In this document: piece after piece, positions 8,808 through 19,231 of the stretch
How the letters are laid out: each line of letters opens with the position of its first letter
Position numbering within the stretch: the stretch's first letter is position 1
IMG/VR virus record: IMGVR_UViG_3300044712_002165
Span: 11,143 to 75,142 of that record
Direction: 5' to 3' (one strand)
Origin: a virus
Length of the DNA: 64,000 nt
The notes under the pieces: generated by a model
Told to the model about the DNA's origin: nothing
What the model saw: only the letters and a program-made list of their open reading frames with translations
Databases searched by the model: none
Made by a program: the position numbers and the translations under genes

Positions 8808-10325
8808 ATGAGCGTTCCAACCTTCTCGCTGGCGTACACATCCGTGCGGGCAGCCACGATTCCCCACGTCATCCGCATGTGGGAAGACGCCGCGGTCATG
8901 GGGGACTTCGAGTGGGTACTGTGTGTTGACGACGGCGACAGCGTCTGTCTTGCTGCGGCCGAGGCAGCCAAAGCTACCAGTCGCGTTCCGTTTACAATCG
9001 TCATCAACAAGGGTTCCAAGGACTGCGTTTCAGGCTGGAATACTGCTGCGGCTGCAACCGCCGGGAAAGTTATCATCGCAGTGGCTGACGACTTTGTTCC
9101 GCTGCCGCAGTGGGACATTCAGCTGCTTGGTCTGGAACCTGCCGGTTGGGTTGACGGCGAGCACGCGGTGCATGTCGAGGATGGTTACGTGCATTCACTC
9201 ATGGTGCTGCCGATCATCACCAGGGCGCGCTACGCTCGGTTCGGCTACCTCTTCTACCCGAAGTACAAGAGCATGTTTTGCGATACGGAGCTGACCGAGG
9301 TGGCGTATCGCGACGGCGTTGTCATCGACGCGCACCACCTGCTCTTCGAGCACATGCACCCGGACTGCGGCAAGCGCAACCGCGACCAAAACGACCTTTT
9401 GCACGCGTCTTCAGAGCGCTGGAATGTCGGCGAGATGCTGTTCAATTTCCGGAAGGCGGCTGGATTTCCAGTCGATGATGGTCCAAAGGCGGTCAGCACG
9501 GTTGAAAAATCGTCTACAGAATTTGCGGTCTACATGCAGGTGACGCAGGACGATATTTGTTTACAAGAAGTGTGCCTGCGCATGATGGAGGAAGGCTGCC
9601 GTGTGTTTTTCTTCGCAGTGCCGGACACCTACTGGTCTGGCGAAAAAGTGCCCGAGGACAAGTTGAAAAGCCTGGACCCTGTTTTCGCCTTCCTGACGGC
9701 CAAAGGCGCAGACGTACGGGTGAAACAGTTCCAGGTGGCGCGCTACCGAATGAGCGAGAAGGATGATCGGATCACGGTTGAAACTCGTTTACGAAATGAC
9801 AGCCTAGCCTGGATCAGAAAAAGCGGTTTTGACCGCATTCTGATCGTTGACGGCGACGAATTGTGGATGCCAGGCACACTGGAAATGCTCAAGCCCTACA
9901 TTGAGCGCGGCGACCTTGCCATCAGCGTGCGCATGATCCCAGTAATCGGCGTACCGGGCTATCCAGTCGAAGGTGCAACCGATGTGGCGGTTGTTTACAT
10001 TGGACCCAAATGCAATTTTCGAGTGTGCCGCACTCCGACCGTATCGCAGACGATCATCGAGCAGCCTCGGATCATTCACTTCACGAGCACCCGGCGCACC
10101 TTGGAGGACAACAAGGCCAAGCACCTTCGCAGCGGGCATTACGGCGATCCTGATTACGATTTTGACGGCTGGATGCAGAGCGTTTTGCCAAACGTGAAGC
10201 CGGGCATGCGCGACGTGCACATGTACAAGCCGTACTCGATTTGGAAGTCGGTTCGCGCTTGGCGACCAGAGGAATTGGCGATTATTCCGTCTACAATTCA
10301 CCCGTATCTTGGGCTCGAAAAATAA
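8808..10325 (+). CDS. two-domain glycosyltransferase (GT-A/GT2-like)
   Basis: CVDDGD..GWN.AA..ATGKVII.VADDF..FCDTE..FEHMHP, then a second domain with ILIVDGDE. Confidence 0.8.
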   Translation: MSVPTFSLAYTSVRAATIPHVIRMWEDAAVMGDFEWVLCVDDGDSVCLAAAEAAKATSRVPFTIVINKGSKDCVSGWNTAAAATAGKVIIAVADDFVPLPQWDIQLLGLEPAGWVDGEHAVHVEDGYVHSLMVLPIITRARYARFGYLFYPKYKSMFCDTELTEVAYRDGVVIDAHHLLFEHMHPDCGKRNRDQNDLLHASSERWNVGEMLFNFRKAAGFPVDDGPKAVSTVEKSSTEFAVYMQVTQDDICLQEVCLRMMEEGCRVFFFAVPDTYWSGEKVPEDKLKSLDPVFAFLTAKGADVRVKQFQVARYRMSEKDDRITVETRLRNDSLAWIRKSGFDRILIVDGDELWMPGTLEMLKPYIERGDLAISVRMIPVIGVPGYPVEGATDVAVVYIGPKCNFRVCRTPTVSQTIIEQPRIIHFTSTRRTLEDNKAKHLRSGHYGDPDYDFDGWMQSVLPNVKPGMRDVHMYKPYSIWKSVRAWRPEELAIIPSTIHPYLGLEK

Positions 10326-10340
10326 CACGTTCTATGAGGC

Positions 10341-11543
10341 ATGCTGCCAAAGCTCTTCAGCACTGCCTGGAAGATCGTCACTGTTACCGAGCCCGTCATG
10401 TTTCACCGGACCTACGATGAGGTCTGGTTGCTGAATCCAGGACGGCGCTACATCCTCAACGCAGATCAGGTCGAAAAGGTTTCGCAGTGGGTCGATACCT
10501 GCTCTGATTTTGCCGGCGCGTCGCTTCACAATCCGCTACGCGCCGGGCAGAACCTCGCCAACGCCAGTCTGCTCATCGAGCGCGTGCGTGATCGCGGCAT
10601 CGGTGATCTGCTTTTCCTCACCGCACCTATTGCGTTCATGCAGCACGCGTGCGGGCGTCTGCTTACCGTTGATCTCTACGCGCTGAGCGACCGAGGTCAG
10701 GTGCTGACCCACAACCAGGACCTGCGTAACGGTTGCGTGCTCGCAGGACCCATCGAGTACGACCACCTGCGGAATTACGCCTACCACTGGTTCGTGGAAA
10801 GCGTGACCGAGTGGGACGAGGAACCGGACCAGCATAACGTATACGACGCGCTCTACGCGCAGCTGGGATTCTCTCCGGATCAGATTGACTCAGAATGGAA
10901 GCGCCCACGCGCCACGTGCGTGCCGCAGGACTACAAGCACCTGGACCAATTTTTCTACAGCGTCTGGAACGCCAAGCACATCGATCTCCGCCGCACTGGC
11001 TACTACGTCGTGGCACCGTTTGCGTCAGCGTCCATTCGCGCCTTCGACTACCAGCGCTGGCTGACGATCATCAAGGAATTGTCGCAGCGCCGTCCTGTCG
11101 TGGTGATCGGAACGACGCGCATGAAGCTACCGGACACCAGCATCTCCGTTGGTGAATTTCACCAGCAGCTCGGCGGTATGGGCAACTCGGTGATCAACGC
11201 GATTGACGGTACGCCGCTGCGCATCCTGATGGCGCTCATCAGTCGGGCAAAGGGCTTCGTCGGCCTTGATTCTGGCCCGCTTTACATCGCGCAAGGCTTG
11301 CGCACGCCGGCCGTCAGCATCTGGGGCAGCCATCACCCTGGGGTGCGCATCGGCTACGACAAGACCTACATGGACCTGGCGGTCTGGAAGGGCGAAGCGT
11401 GCCCGCACGCGCCCTGTTTCGCGTACCTGAATTTTCCCGCCAGCAAGTGTCCTGAAGGAAAGTTTCAGGCCGAGTGTTCTGTATACAAAAGCGTCACTCC
11501 GTCTGACGTTCTCTCGAAGGTGGACATCATCGAACAAGCCTGA
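10341..11543 (+). CDS. glycosyltransferase family 9 (heptosyltransferase-like)
   Basis: RGIGDLLF..FVGLDSGPLYIAQGLRTPAVSIWG..C..C. Confidence 0.85.
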   Translation: MLPKLFSTAWKIVTVTEPVMFHRTYDEVWLLNPGRRYILNADQVEKVSQWVDTCSDFAGASLHNPLRAGQNLANASLLIERVRDRGIGDLLFLTAPIAFMQHACGRLLTVDLYALSDRGQVLTHNQDLRNGCVLAGPIEYDHLRNYAYHWFVESVTEWDEEPDQHNVYDALYAQLGFSPDQIDSEWKRPRATCVPQDYKHLDQFFYSVWNAKHIDLRRTGYYVVAPFASASIRAFDYQRWLTIIKELSQRRPVVVIGTTRMKLPDTSISVGEFHQQLGGMGNSVINAIDGTPLRILMALISRAKGFVGLDSGPLYIAQGLRTPAVSIWGSHHPGVRIGYDKTYMDLAVWKGEACPHAPCFAYLNFPASKCPEGKFQAECSVYKSVTPSDVLSKVDIIEQA

Positions 11544-11546
11544 CCT

Positions 11547-12008
11547 ATGAGCAAAGCTCCTCAAAACCTGCCGAAACTTGGAACGCTCCAGTTCAACGAC
11601 TACACGTTGGACCTGGATTACTGGATGGGCATGGAATTCGGCGATTTTTCGCAAGCCGCCCATGAACTGCCGATCATTTCCGAGTGGCTGAACGACCTGC
11701 TGCAATACTACGTCGCCACCGAGATCGTCGAGTATCGCAAGGTCAAGCAGCTCGAAGCTGAAACCTACTTCCGATTGCGCAGCGGCGATTTTACGCGGCT
11801 GTACGGCGACAAGATGACGGAGAAGGCCCTGGAGTATGCCGTCGAACTCGACAAGGACCTGATTGCCGCCGTGGAATCGTACGCCACCGCGAAGGCGTGG
11901 ACGGTTCGTCTACGAAATACCATTTCCGTTCTCAACGCCAAGCTCGACATGTTGCGCACGAGCGAAGCGACGCGACGCCACATCGACAATGCACGTTCTC
12001 CCTCCTGA
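11547..12008 (+). CDS. recombination mediator (UvsY-like)
   Basis: Helical 153 aa (KMTEKALEYAVELDKD), directly upstream of SSB and RecA. Confidence 0.5.
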   Translation: MSKAPQNLPKLGTLQFNDYTLDLDYWMGMEFGDFSQAAHELPIISEWLNDLLQYYVATEIVEYRKVKQLEAETYFRLRSGDFTRLYGDKMTEKALEYAVELDKDLIAAVESYATAKAWTVRLRNTISVLNAKLDMLRTSEATRRHIDNARSPS

Positions 12009-12048
12009 CGACCGAAACTGAAGCTGACACTCAAACCGTATACAGTTT

Positions 12049-13440
12049 ATGCGACAAGTGAACAACAACCTCGATCCATCGCTGATGGACCTGGATTCCG
12101 AGAACAAGTACATCGCCACGACCAGCCGTGCGCCGAAGCGCGTGAAGCTTCAGCGCGGTGAAGCGTGGCTCGTTCGTTTTCTCCCTGCGGCACTGGGTCC
12201 GAAGCGTCTCTGGTACGTGCGCTCCGGCCGGCACTGGCACAACCAGGCTCCCATCACCTGCCCCGTTCACACCGCTCCGGATTTCGGCGGCGATCCCGAC
12301 GCGTACTGCCCCGTGTGCGAGACCGCGGCGCAGTTGAACGACGACGAGAACAAGGAAATCTCGACGTTGGGGTACAAGGCCACGGGCCAGGCCAACTGGC
12401 TCACGTACTGCATCGTGCTCCAGAAATCGACTGGCTCGACTACGATCAACGTGACCGAAGCCGAATCGCTGGTCGTGCACGAGTTCAATCACTACAAGGC
12501 CACGTTCGAGGAGCTGTCGCAGTTTTTCCGCAACAGCGTTCGGCCGAACAACCCGAAGGGTGTGCTCGATTACGTCAACGGCTGCGACTTCTGGGTGAGC
12601 AAGACCGGTAAGGGTCTGCGCCTGGACAAGCAGGACCCGCAGCCGATTTTCGACGATCTCCAGGACCCGGCCACTGATCCGCGCATCAAGAAGCTCGAAG
12701 AGCAGATGCGCACGCCGAAGATCGTGATCCCGTCCGAGGCGGAAATGAAGCGCTTCGCCGAGAAGCTGTACGACGACGCTTATCAGACCGGTCGCGGTCG
12801 CGGCGTTCGCGGCGGTGGCGGCGATGATCGGTCGCGGCGTGCCACGGATTACGAGGAGGCCGAAGGTGACCACGAGGAGCGCCGTCCTGTTCGCGGTGGC
12901 CGTCGGCCTGCCCCCACCGAAGACTCGGGCGATGACCAGATTCCTGGTGCTGAAGTGCCCCCGCGCCGGCCCGCGCCTGCTGCGTCTCGGACTGCTCCTG
13001 CTCGGACTGCTCCAGCTCCTGCTCCGGAGCCCGAACCGGAGCCCGAACCGGAGGCCGAAGGCCAGGAAGCTCCTGCCGAGGTTGATGCTGAAGGTGGTGT
13101 CCAGGATGCTCCTCCGCCCCCGCCTCCGCGCCCTGCGCCCCGCACAGCGGCTCCTGCGCAGCGCCCTGCCCCCGCAGTGGCGTCCCGGCCGACGCCCCCG
13201 GCTCGGCCCGCCCCCGCGCCTGCCCGCGCTGTCCCGCCGCCTCCGTCCAAGGGGCGTACGGAGCGCATCGACGAAGGCGAGGAGTTGCCGGAAGAGCAAA
13301 GGGACCCTGCCCCTCCCGCCGAAGACCCGTTGCCCGAGGCTGAGACCCAGGCTCCGCCCCCGGTTGCGCGCCCCGCAGCAGCGGCAGCTCCCAGCGGGCT
13401 GCGTAACCGCATCCAGACCGTCACCCAGCGCAAGCCGTGA
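12049..13440 (+). CDS. ssDNA-binding protein (T4 gp32-like) with a long Pro/Ala/acidic tail
   Basis: VRFLP..H....CP....G....CPVCE..D...GCDF. Confidence 0.8.
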   Translation: MRQVNNNLDPSLMDLDSENKYIATTSRAPKRVKLQRGEAWLVRFLPAALGPKRLWYVRSGRHWHNQAPITCPVHTAPDFGGDPDAYCPVCETAAQLNDDENKEISTLGYKATGQANWLTYCIVLQKSTGSTTINVTEAESLVVHEFNHYKATFEELSQFFRNSVRPNNPKGVLDYVNGCDFWVSKTGKGLRLDKQDPQPIFDDLQDPATDPRIKKLEEQMRTPKIVIPSEAEMKRFAEKLYDDAYQTGRGRGVRGGGGDDRSRRATDYEEAEGDHEERRPVRGGRRPAPTEDSGDDQIPGAEVPPRRPAPAASRTAPARTAPAPAPEPEPEPEPEAEGQEAPAEVDAEGGVQDAPPPPPPRPAPRTAAPAQRPAPAVASRPTPPARPAPAPARAVPPPPSKGRTERIDEGEELPEEQRDPAPPAEDPLPEAETQAPPPVARPAAAAAPSGLRNRIQTVTQRKP

Positions 13441-14783
13441 AAAAGAAGCTCAAGTCGTTTGCTGAGCACCTCAAGGCGAAGCTCGTGGCAGGCCAGCCGA
13501 AGTCGGATGGACCCACCTATGAGGTGGCGGACACGTCAGAAGAAATTCTGTCGGAGATCAAGTACGTGGTCACCACCGGCCTGCCCCCGTTCGACGAATT
13601 GACCGGGGGCTGGCCCTTTGGCCGCGTATGCGAACTGTACGGTCTGGAGGAGTGCGGCAAGACCGCGATGTGCCTGCGGTCGGCCATTCGGGCGCAGATG
13701 CTCCAGATTTGCGAGATCACACGCGAAAATGGTCAGCGTGTATACAAACCTGTCGATCCTGCAACCTGCGAGATCAACGTTGTTTACATCGACAACGAGC
13801 AGTCGATTGACAACGACGCCAAGCTGATTGTAGACGGACAGCGTGCAAACTTCATCGTCTGTCGTACCGATACCGTGGACCTGATGTTCAAAGTTGTTGA
13901 CCAGGTTACGGCTACGGCGAAGGAACGCATGGAGGAGCTGGCGGAAGCCGGCATCGACAAAAAAGTGTTTACAGTGATCATCGTTGACACCATCACCTCG
14001 ACCAGCTCCCGCCAGGAGCTGGAGCAGGAATGGGGCAAGGAGGACTACGCTCGGCAGCCACAGCAGTTGAGTGCCGGCTTCCGTCAGATGGTGCGCGACA
14101 TCAACCGCTACAACGTGTGCATGATCTGCACCAACCAGACGCGGGACAACTTCAAGGCACAGGCGCAGCGCGGACCGCGCTCTTCGACGCCCGTCGAGAC
14201 CGAGTACACGACCTTTGGTGGCAAGGCCCTTCGGTTTTACAGCTCGCACCGCGTGTTCATGTGGAAGAGCGAGATGAAGTACCGGCTGGTGCCTGGTGCC
14301 AAGTTCACGGCGGGTTACCTGGTCGGTTTCCGCACAATCAAAAACCGCATGATGAAACCCAAGCGTGAAGGGCGCTTGGTCATCATTTTCGATGAGGAAC
14401 GTGGCGGGTTGCACCCGGAATTCAGCATTCTCGAAACACTGATCTTTTTGGGTTTCGCTGAAATTGTAAACAAAGAGAAGCAGACCAACTTCGTCTTCAA
14501 GTTCAAGTCGAACAAGATCGAGACGACGACGTTTGGTCGTAAGGCTGCATCTCTGGAAGAGCAGGACGAGGAGCCCCGTGGCAAAGCCGTGCGTGGTCCG
14601 AAGGACCCGTCGATCATGACGAGAGCCGAGTGGCCTCGATTCTACGCCGAACACCGCGAGGATTTCGACAAGCTGTGGGCTGCCGCAATGACGTACGCCC
14701 ACGCGACCGAAGGGTACGACGGAGAGCCTGCCGTCGTGCTCGATGACGCTGAGTTGGAAGACGAAACGACGAAAGAGGACTGA
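13437..14783 (+). CDS. uvsX: RecA/UvsX recombinase
   Basis: GGWPFGRVCELYGLEECGKT, YIDNE, IIVDT, CTNQTR, TFGGKALRFYSS, KNR. Confidence 0.92.
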   Translation: MKKKLKSFAEHLKAKLVAGQPKSDGPTYEVADTSEEILSEIKYVVTTGLPPFDELTGGWPFGRVCELYGLEECGKTAMCLRSAIRAQMLQICEITRENGQRVYKPVDPATCEINVVYIDNEQSIDNDAKLIVDGQRANFIVCRTDTVDLMFKVVDQVTATAKERMEELAEAGIDKKVFTVIIVDTITSTSSRQELEQEWGKEDYARQPQQLSAGFRQMVRDINRYNVCMICTNQTRDNFKAQAQRGPRSSTPVETEYTTFGGKALRFYSSHRVFMWKSEMKYRLVPGAKFTAGYLVGFRTIKNRMMKPKREGRLVIIFDEERGGLHPEFSILETLIFLGFAEIVNKEKQTNFVFKFKSNKIETTTFGRKAASLEEQDEEPRGKAVRGPKDPSIMTRAEWPRFYAEHREDFDKLWAAAMTYAHATEGYDGEPAVVLDDAELEDETTKED

Positions 14784-14786
14784 CCT

Positions 14787-15623
14787 ATGGCCGCAGTACA
14801 GTACGAAGACGACGCAGAACTGTCCAAGCTGGTTACCCAGCTGATGAAACAGCACCACCAACCCCTGATCACCAACAAGGTCAGGATCAAGGCGGTGCTC
14901 AAGGTGAAGATGAACGACCAGGACGAGCTGGTCCCTTCGCAATCGGATCGCGTGAAGCTGTCGCGTGTCAACGCGCTCTACGCTTCGCACGTGAATGCCG
15001 ATTTCGTGATTACCGTGGATGCGAAGTGGTGGAAGGAAGGTGATGCCCGAACGCGTCAGCCTGTCCTCAATTTCGCGCTCTGCGGCATCGAGGTCGTCGG
15101 CGAGGAAGGCAAGAAGAAGAAGCTGAAAACGCGCCGGCCCGACATCATCGACTACAGCATGAACGTGCGCCTGTACGGCGTGTACGAGCAGCCCCTCCAG
15201 AACGTGCTGGAGTTCGCCAACGGCGTGTCCGGCGTCGCGGCCGATCACATCGAGGCCATCGTCAAGCGCCTGAAGGGTGACGCGACACCCGCCAAGCGCA
15301 GCGCGCCTGCACGCGCACAGAGCGCGCCGCCTCCTCCGCCTGTCGCCGAAGCGGACGAGGAAACGCTGCCAGAAGAGGCCCAGCCGCAGGCTGCGGCAAA
15401 GGGAGGCGACGAGGATTACGGCTTCACGCCTGATCCTGTCGAAAGACCGGCCGCTGGCCAGGAAGATACCGGAGAGGAAGCGCCGCCGGAGCCGGCCGCT
15501 GAGGGCGAAGAAGCGCCGCCGGAGCCGGCTGAAGAGCCGGAACCGCCGCGCACACCACCACCCAGCCGGCGTCCACCCATCGCGATGCCGTCGCGGCCTA
15601 AGCCGCCGACACTTCAGCGCTGA
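14787..15623 (+). CDS. phage metallopeptidase-like protein (HExxH lost) with an acidic/Pro tail
   Basis: DFVITVDAKWW..R..VLNFALCGI..RRPDI. Confidence 0.55.
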   Translation: MAAVQYEDDAELSKLVTQLMKQHHQPLITNKVRIKAVLKVKMNDQDELVPSQSDRVKLSRVNALYASHVNADFVITVDAKWWKEGDARTRQPVLNFALCGIEVVGEEGKKKKLKTRRPDIIDYSMNVRLYGVYEQPLQNVLEFANGVSGVAADHIEAIVKRLKGDATPAKRSAPARAQSAPPPPPVAEADEETLPEEAQPQAAAKGGDEDYGFTPDPVERPAAGQEDTGEEAPPEPAAEGEEAPPEPAEEPEPPRTPPPSRRPPIAMPSRPKPPTLQR

Positions 15624-15673
15624 TTCTGTTTGCGAAAGCTCACCAGTAACGTATACACAACTACCCCAACGCA

Positions 15674-16441
15674 ATGAGTCTTACATCCCGAGATTTTGGA
15701 AAGGTGCAGAAGGCTGCGGAGAAGGACAACTTTCTGTCCAACCGCCTCAGTGAACGGATGATCAAGGTCTACAAACCCACAGGCGAGGTCGTGGAGTTTT
15801 CCGAGACCGTGGTCGCCATCGCGAATTACCTGGTCAGCCAGGGATTCGATCCCAAGACCGCTCCGGCTGGCGTCATCCAGTCGAGTGGCTTCAGTTTGGT
15901 CAACAACCAGGTCACCAACGGCAAGCGATTCTACCCGGAGGAAGACGAGATTCGTCCGGCCAAGAGTGCTGGCAGCCCCGACTCCAACGGTGCGAGCGCT
16001 GCGGATTCCGAGCCCAAGGGACGTGGACGACGCAAGGGAGCCGGTCGGCGCGGGCGTAAACCGGCGGCTGAGTCCAACGGGGAACCCGAACCGTCCGAGC
16101 CGCGGCGCGGCCGAGGCCGTCCACGCCGCGTTGAAGTCGCTGCCCCTGCACTCACTGCCCCGCGGCGCGGACGGCGCGCAGCCACTGCGGAAGCGAAACC
16201 GGCACGTCGCGGTCGCGGACGCAGTTCTTCTGTGGTGGAGTACAGCGTGCCCATGTGGATGGGTGTCGTCTCGAACTGCGTCGTGATCCGTGAGCTGTTG
16301 CAGCGCCACGACAAGACGCCACGACAGGCCGAGCGCCTCGCTCACCTGGATGCACTGCTGACTTCCATCACGAATGAAAAGGAAAGCGGCAGCCTCCAGT
16401 TCCCCGTCCAAAGCCCCGAAGAAGCGGGCACGCCGGGCTAA
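15674..16441 (+). CDS. basic DNA-binding protein (RGR/AT-hook-like repeats)
   Basis: PRRGRGRPRR, RRGRR, RRGRGR. Confidence 0.55.
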   Translation: MSLTSRDFGKVQKAAEKDNFLSNRLSERMIKVYKPTGEVVEFSETVVAIANYLVSQGFDPKTAPAGVIQSSGFSLVNNQVTNGKRFYPEEDEIRPAKSAGSPDSNGASAADSEPKGRGRRKGAGRRGRKPAAESNGEPEPSEPRRGRGRPRRVEVAAPALTAPRRGRRAATAEAKPARRGRGRSSSVVEYSVPMWMGVVSNCVVIRELLQRHDKTPRQAERLAHLDALLTSITNEKESGSLQFPVQSPEEAGTPG

Positions 16442-17432
16442 GGGCGAGTCTCCAGGCAACGAACACATCTTTCCCGCATCGCTTCTCACGCCTCTGGCGA
16501 TCAAATGGAAAGAGCTGAATGCTGCCGGTCGGCACAAAGAGGCGATGGAGGTGCTCGAACGTATCGTCGAGGGATCGACGCCCATGTTCGAGCGCCTCGC
16601 TCAGTACGAAGACTTCCACTACACGGTTGATCTTCCTATTCTGGTCTCCGCAGCTCAGGAGAAAATGGTCAAATGGCTCTTGCGTTGGCAACCGCGCAAG
16701 GGCCGTTTGTTTTCCTGGCTGTCTACGTGCGCCAAGAACGCGTTCCGCAGCGAGCTGGTCAAGGTCAACCAGTACCGTAAACGCTTCCACGTCACGGGCG
16801 ACAACCTGGAGAAGTTCCACGGGATTGAGGATCACGAGGTCGATAAGCGCGATCTGGCGGCAGATGTGCGCGGCAGCATCCACGAGATGGTCTGCCGATG
16901 GGGTGATCCTCAAGAGATCGGGGCGATTCGGTACCTCATCGAGTGCATCATCGACGACGAGCACGACAAGCAGGCCAGTATACGCGGAGCTGCGTACGCT
17001 TACGGCATCAGTCCTGAATTTGCTCGCTTCTTCTACGACTGGGCAGTCTCTGAGCTGCGACACCGCCTGTACGAAAAGGTCTACATTCCGTTCACCGAGG
17101 AGGACCTTTTCCGAGCTGTACACAGTCACGACCCCATTTTGGCGCTGGCGGACATGATTCCGTGGCCAATGATGAAGAAAGCGATTGTCGTCTTGCAGGG
17201 GAAGCGTATAAAGATTCCACTCGTCTCATCGCTCACAAAAGCCCGTGCCGACTACGCTCTTCACCGTGAAATCAGCAACAGCGACCTCGACCCAGACACG
17301 GTTGCTGAAATAGCTCGAAAGCACAAGAAGACGGCGCGTTCAGCTTCCGAGATTTTCGAGGAGATGTCCGAAACACTGCACCCGAAGCGGTATGGAGAAC
17401 ATGACATCTACGGTTCCGACGATACCATCTAG
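16374..17432 (+). CDS. sigma-factor-like protein
   Basis: Region-2-like LLRWQPRKGRLFSWLSTCAKNAFRSEL and a C-terminal HTH-like VAEIARKHKKT. Confidence 0.55.
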   Translation: MKRKAAASSSPSKAPKKRARRAKGESPGNEHIFPASLLTPLAIKWKELNAAGRHKEAMEVLERIVEGSTPMFERLAQYEDFHYTVDLPILVSAAQEKMVKWLLRWQPRKGRLFSWLSTCAKNAFRSELVKVNQYRKRFHVTGDNLEKFHGIEDHEVDKRDLAADVRGSIHEMVCRWGDPQEIGAIRYLIECIIDDEHDKQASIRGAAYAYGISPEFARFFYDWAVSELRHRLYEKVYIPFTEEDLFRAVHSHDPILALADMIPWPMMKKAIVVLQGKRIKIPLVSSLTKARADYALHREISNSDLDPDTVAEIARKHKKTARSASEIFEEMSETLHPKRYGEHDIYGSDDTI

Positions 17433-18876
17433 CGACATCGGTTTTGCTCGTGCTGTCATTCGCGAGTTTCTGCTCAGTCTTCCGGACGTATACAGCCACC
17501 CGTCGGTTCGGCCACCGGTCCTGGAGGAGATGCAGGCCGACATCGACAGGTTGATCCTCAGCCTGTCGCACCAGTACAGCGATCAGACGTGCATGGCGCT
17601 GCACGTCGATGAACTGGTCTCCGAGGGTAACCTGAAGCTGGCCCAGCTCATCCACAAGGGAGAGCTGAATCGCCAGGTGAATCGGACCAACTTCTTCCGA
17701 TTCTTCAAAACCGCGGTCGCCAACCATTTTCGCAGTCTGGTTCAGCGCCATCGGTTCACCTACAAGCGTACCGGGCAGAAGCCGCCTCCCCGTCAGCGTC
17801 AGAATGAGCTGGTGCGCGCCGATCACGCTGAGGTTGACATGGGCTACCGAAAGCAGGTCGAGGTGTCACTGGACGACGAGGAGTCCGGCATCCAGGCCGC
17901 GGATCAGCACGAAGCTCAAAGCGAAGAAGCGGAAATGCGTGAGGATTTTGAGTCCGTCCTCACGCCCGTCGAGCGTTTGGTATTCCGTCAACTGGTTGAG
18001 CCTGACGAAATAGCTCGCTGCTTGGCAGTCCTCGACGCACAGATCAAACGTAAACCCGGTTCCATTCGGATCGACATCAAGCACGAGCACATGGCTGAAG
18101 CGCTCGGCGTAACCGAGCAGTTTTTCGACGAAACTGTTCTACGGATCAGAGAGAAGATTTCCAAGCGCATGGCCATGACACAAAAAGATCACGCGGATGC
18201 GGCACGTCGGAACATGCTGATACAACAGCTGTCCTGCGTTTTCGGAGTGCAGGTCCCGCCCAACCTCGACGAGATCGTCGTCAAGCGCTTGTTTACGATT
18301 GCCGCACGCGATCAGTACGCGAAGGTGAACACCCAGGTGCGCGATCTGCTCACCGAGTTGGGTGCCAGCGTACCGCAGCCGCACGGAGACGGACTGGCCT
18401 GCTACGGCATCCTCTACAAGCGCAACGACCGTCGGTGCATGGTCTGTGATTTGCGACAGGCGTGCGCCGTGGAAGCTGCCAATGTCGGTCTGGGGAGCAA
18501 GATCACCATCAGTCCAAAGCTGCTGGGCAGTCGAAACACGCGGTATCCCACCGTGCTGCCTTCCGAGGGCGGCAAGGCCCAGTCGCTTGATGCGGAATCG
18601 TTCGACGTGGTTGCCTACCTCGACGAGATGTTCACCCGCTACAACAAGGATGGGTTCATCTACTACCTGGAGAAGGCGACCAACAGTCGGCGACCGCTCT
18701 TCTGCCTGGAGCGAACCAACCCGGTTCGTCTACGATTTTGCAACCCGTCGGTCAGTCTGACGCAGAAGCTGATCGGTAAACCCAAGGCGTGGTACCCTCC
18801 GGATGATCTCGATTCGCGCACGCTATTTCGCCTGATCGAGGAACACGCCGAAGAAATGTTCGCCCGCAATGCCTGA
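17392..18876 (+). CDS. second sigma-factor-like protein with a C-terminal extension
   Basis: FFRFFKTAVANHFRSL..VSLDDE..LTPVERLVF..MAEALGVT, plus a later CxxC..C. Confidence 0.55.
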   Translation: MENMTSTVPTIPSSDIGFARAVIREFLLSLPDVYSHPSVRPPVLEEMQADIDRLILSLSHQYSDQTCMALHVDELVSEGNLKLAQLIHKGELNRQVNRTNFFRFFKTAVANHFRSLVQRHRFTYKRTGQKPPPRQRQNELVRADHAEVDMGYRKQVEVSLDDEESGIQAADQHEAQSEEAEMREDFESVLTPVERLVFRQLVEPDEIARCLAVLDAQIKRKPGSIRIDIKHEHMAEALGVTEQFFDETVLRIREKISKRMAMTQKDHADAARRNMLIQQLSCVFGVQVPPNLDEIVVKRLFTIAARDQYAKVNTQVRDLLTELGASVPQPHGDGLACYGILYKRNDRRCMVCDLRQACAVEAANVGLGSKITISPKLLGSRNTRYPTVLPSEGGKAQSLDAESFDVVAYLDEMFTRYNKDGFIYYLEKATNSRRPLFCLERTNPVRLRFCNPSVSLTQKLIGKPKAWYPPDDLDSRTLFRLIEEHAEEMFARNA

Positions 18877-19231
18877 CGACAACCAAAAGCCGGCACAGCC
18901 AAAAGTGCCGCAGCCAGCGATGACGCGGTTCGAGGCTCAGCGAAAGCTCGGGCTGTTTGGTCCGCACGATTACGTGACGCTCTTTTTGATCGTCAGCAGT
19001 CTCGTGACGCTCTTTTTCTGGTGGCTGTTCGGAGAGCCCTCGGCCGTCAGGGTCCTTGCGGTGCTTGCCGGCATCGTGATCCTGATGCTGTTTTGGATCG
19101 TTGTGCTCTGCTACCGCATCTTGGTCTTCCTCCTGGACATCCAGGCGGACATCAATCTGATGCCAGAGACGGCAGCACGCATCGTCCGTGGCTACCAAAT
19201 GGCCGCAGCCTCAGCGCCTCGCCAAGGCTGA
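18869..19231 (+). CDS. membrane protein with two transmembrane helices (possible holin)
   Basis: Two hydrophobic stretches. Confidence 0.6.
   Translation: MPDDNQKPAQPKVPQPAMTRFEAQRKLGLFGPHDYVTLFLIVSSLVTLFFWWLFGEPSAVRVLAVLAGIVILMLFWIVVLCYRILVFLLDIQADINLMPETAARIVRGYQMAAASAPRQG

Noticed and set aside
13027-15530. Short tandem repeats (GAGCCCGAACCG x2; GAAGCGCCGCCGGAGCCGGC x2)
   Set aside because: They are in-frame duplications encoding PE and EEAPPEPA low-complexity peptide, not independent elements
13536-15674. Long antisense ORFs (712 aa here; also 12031-13299, 23877-25028, 34801-36003, 42295-43443, 54649-55779)
   Set aside because: They are shadows of well-supported genes on the opposite strand in GC-rich DNA
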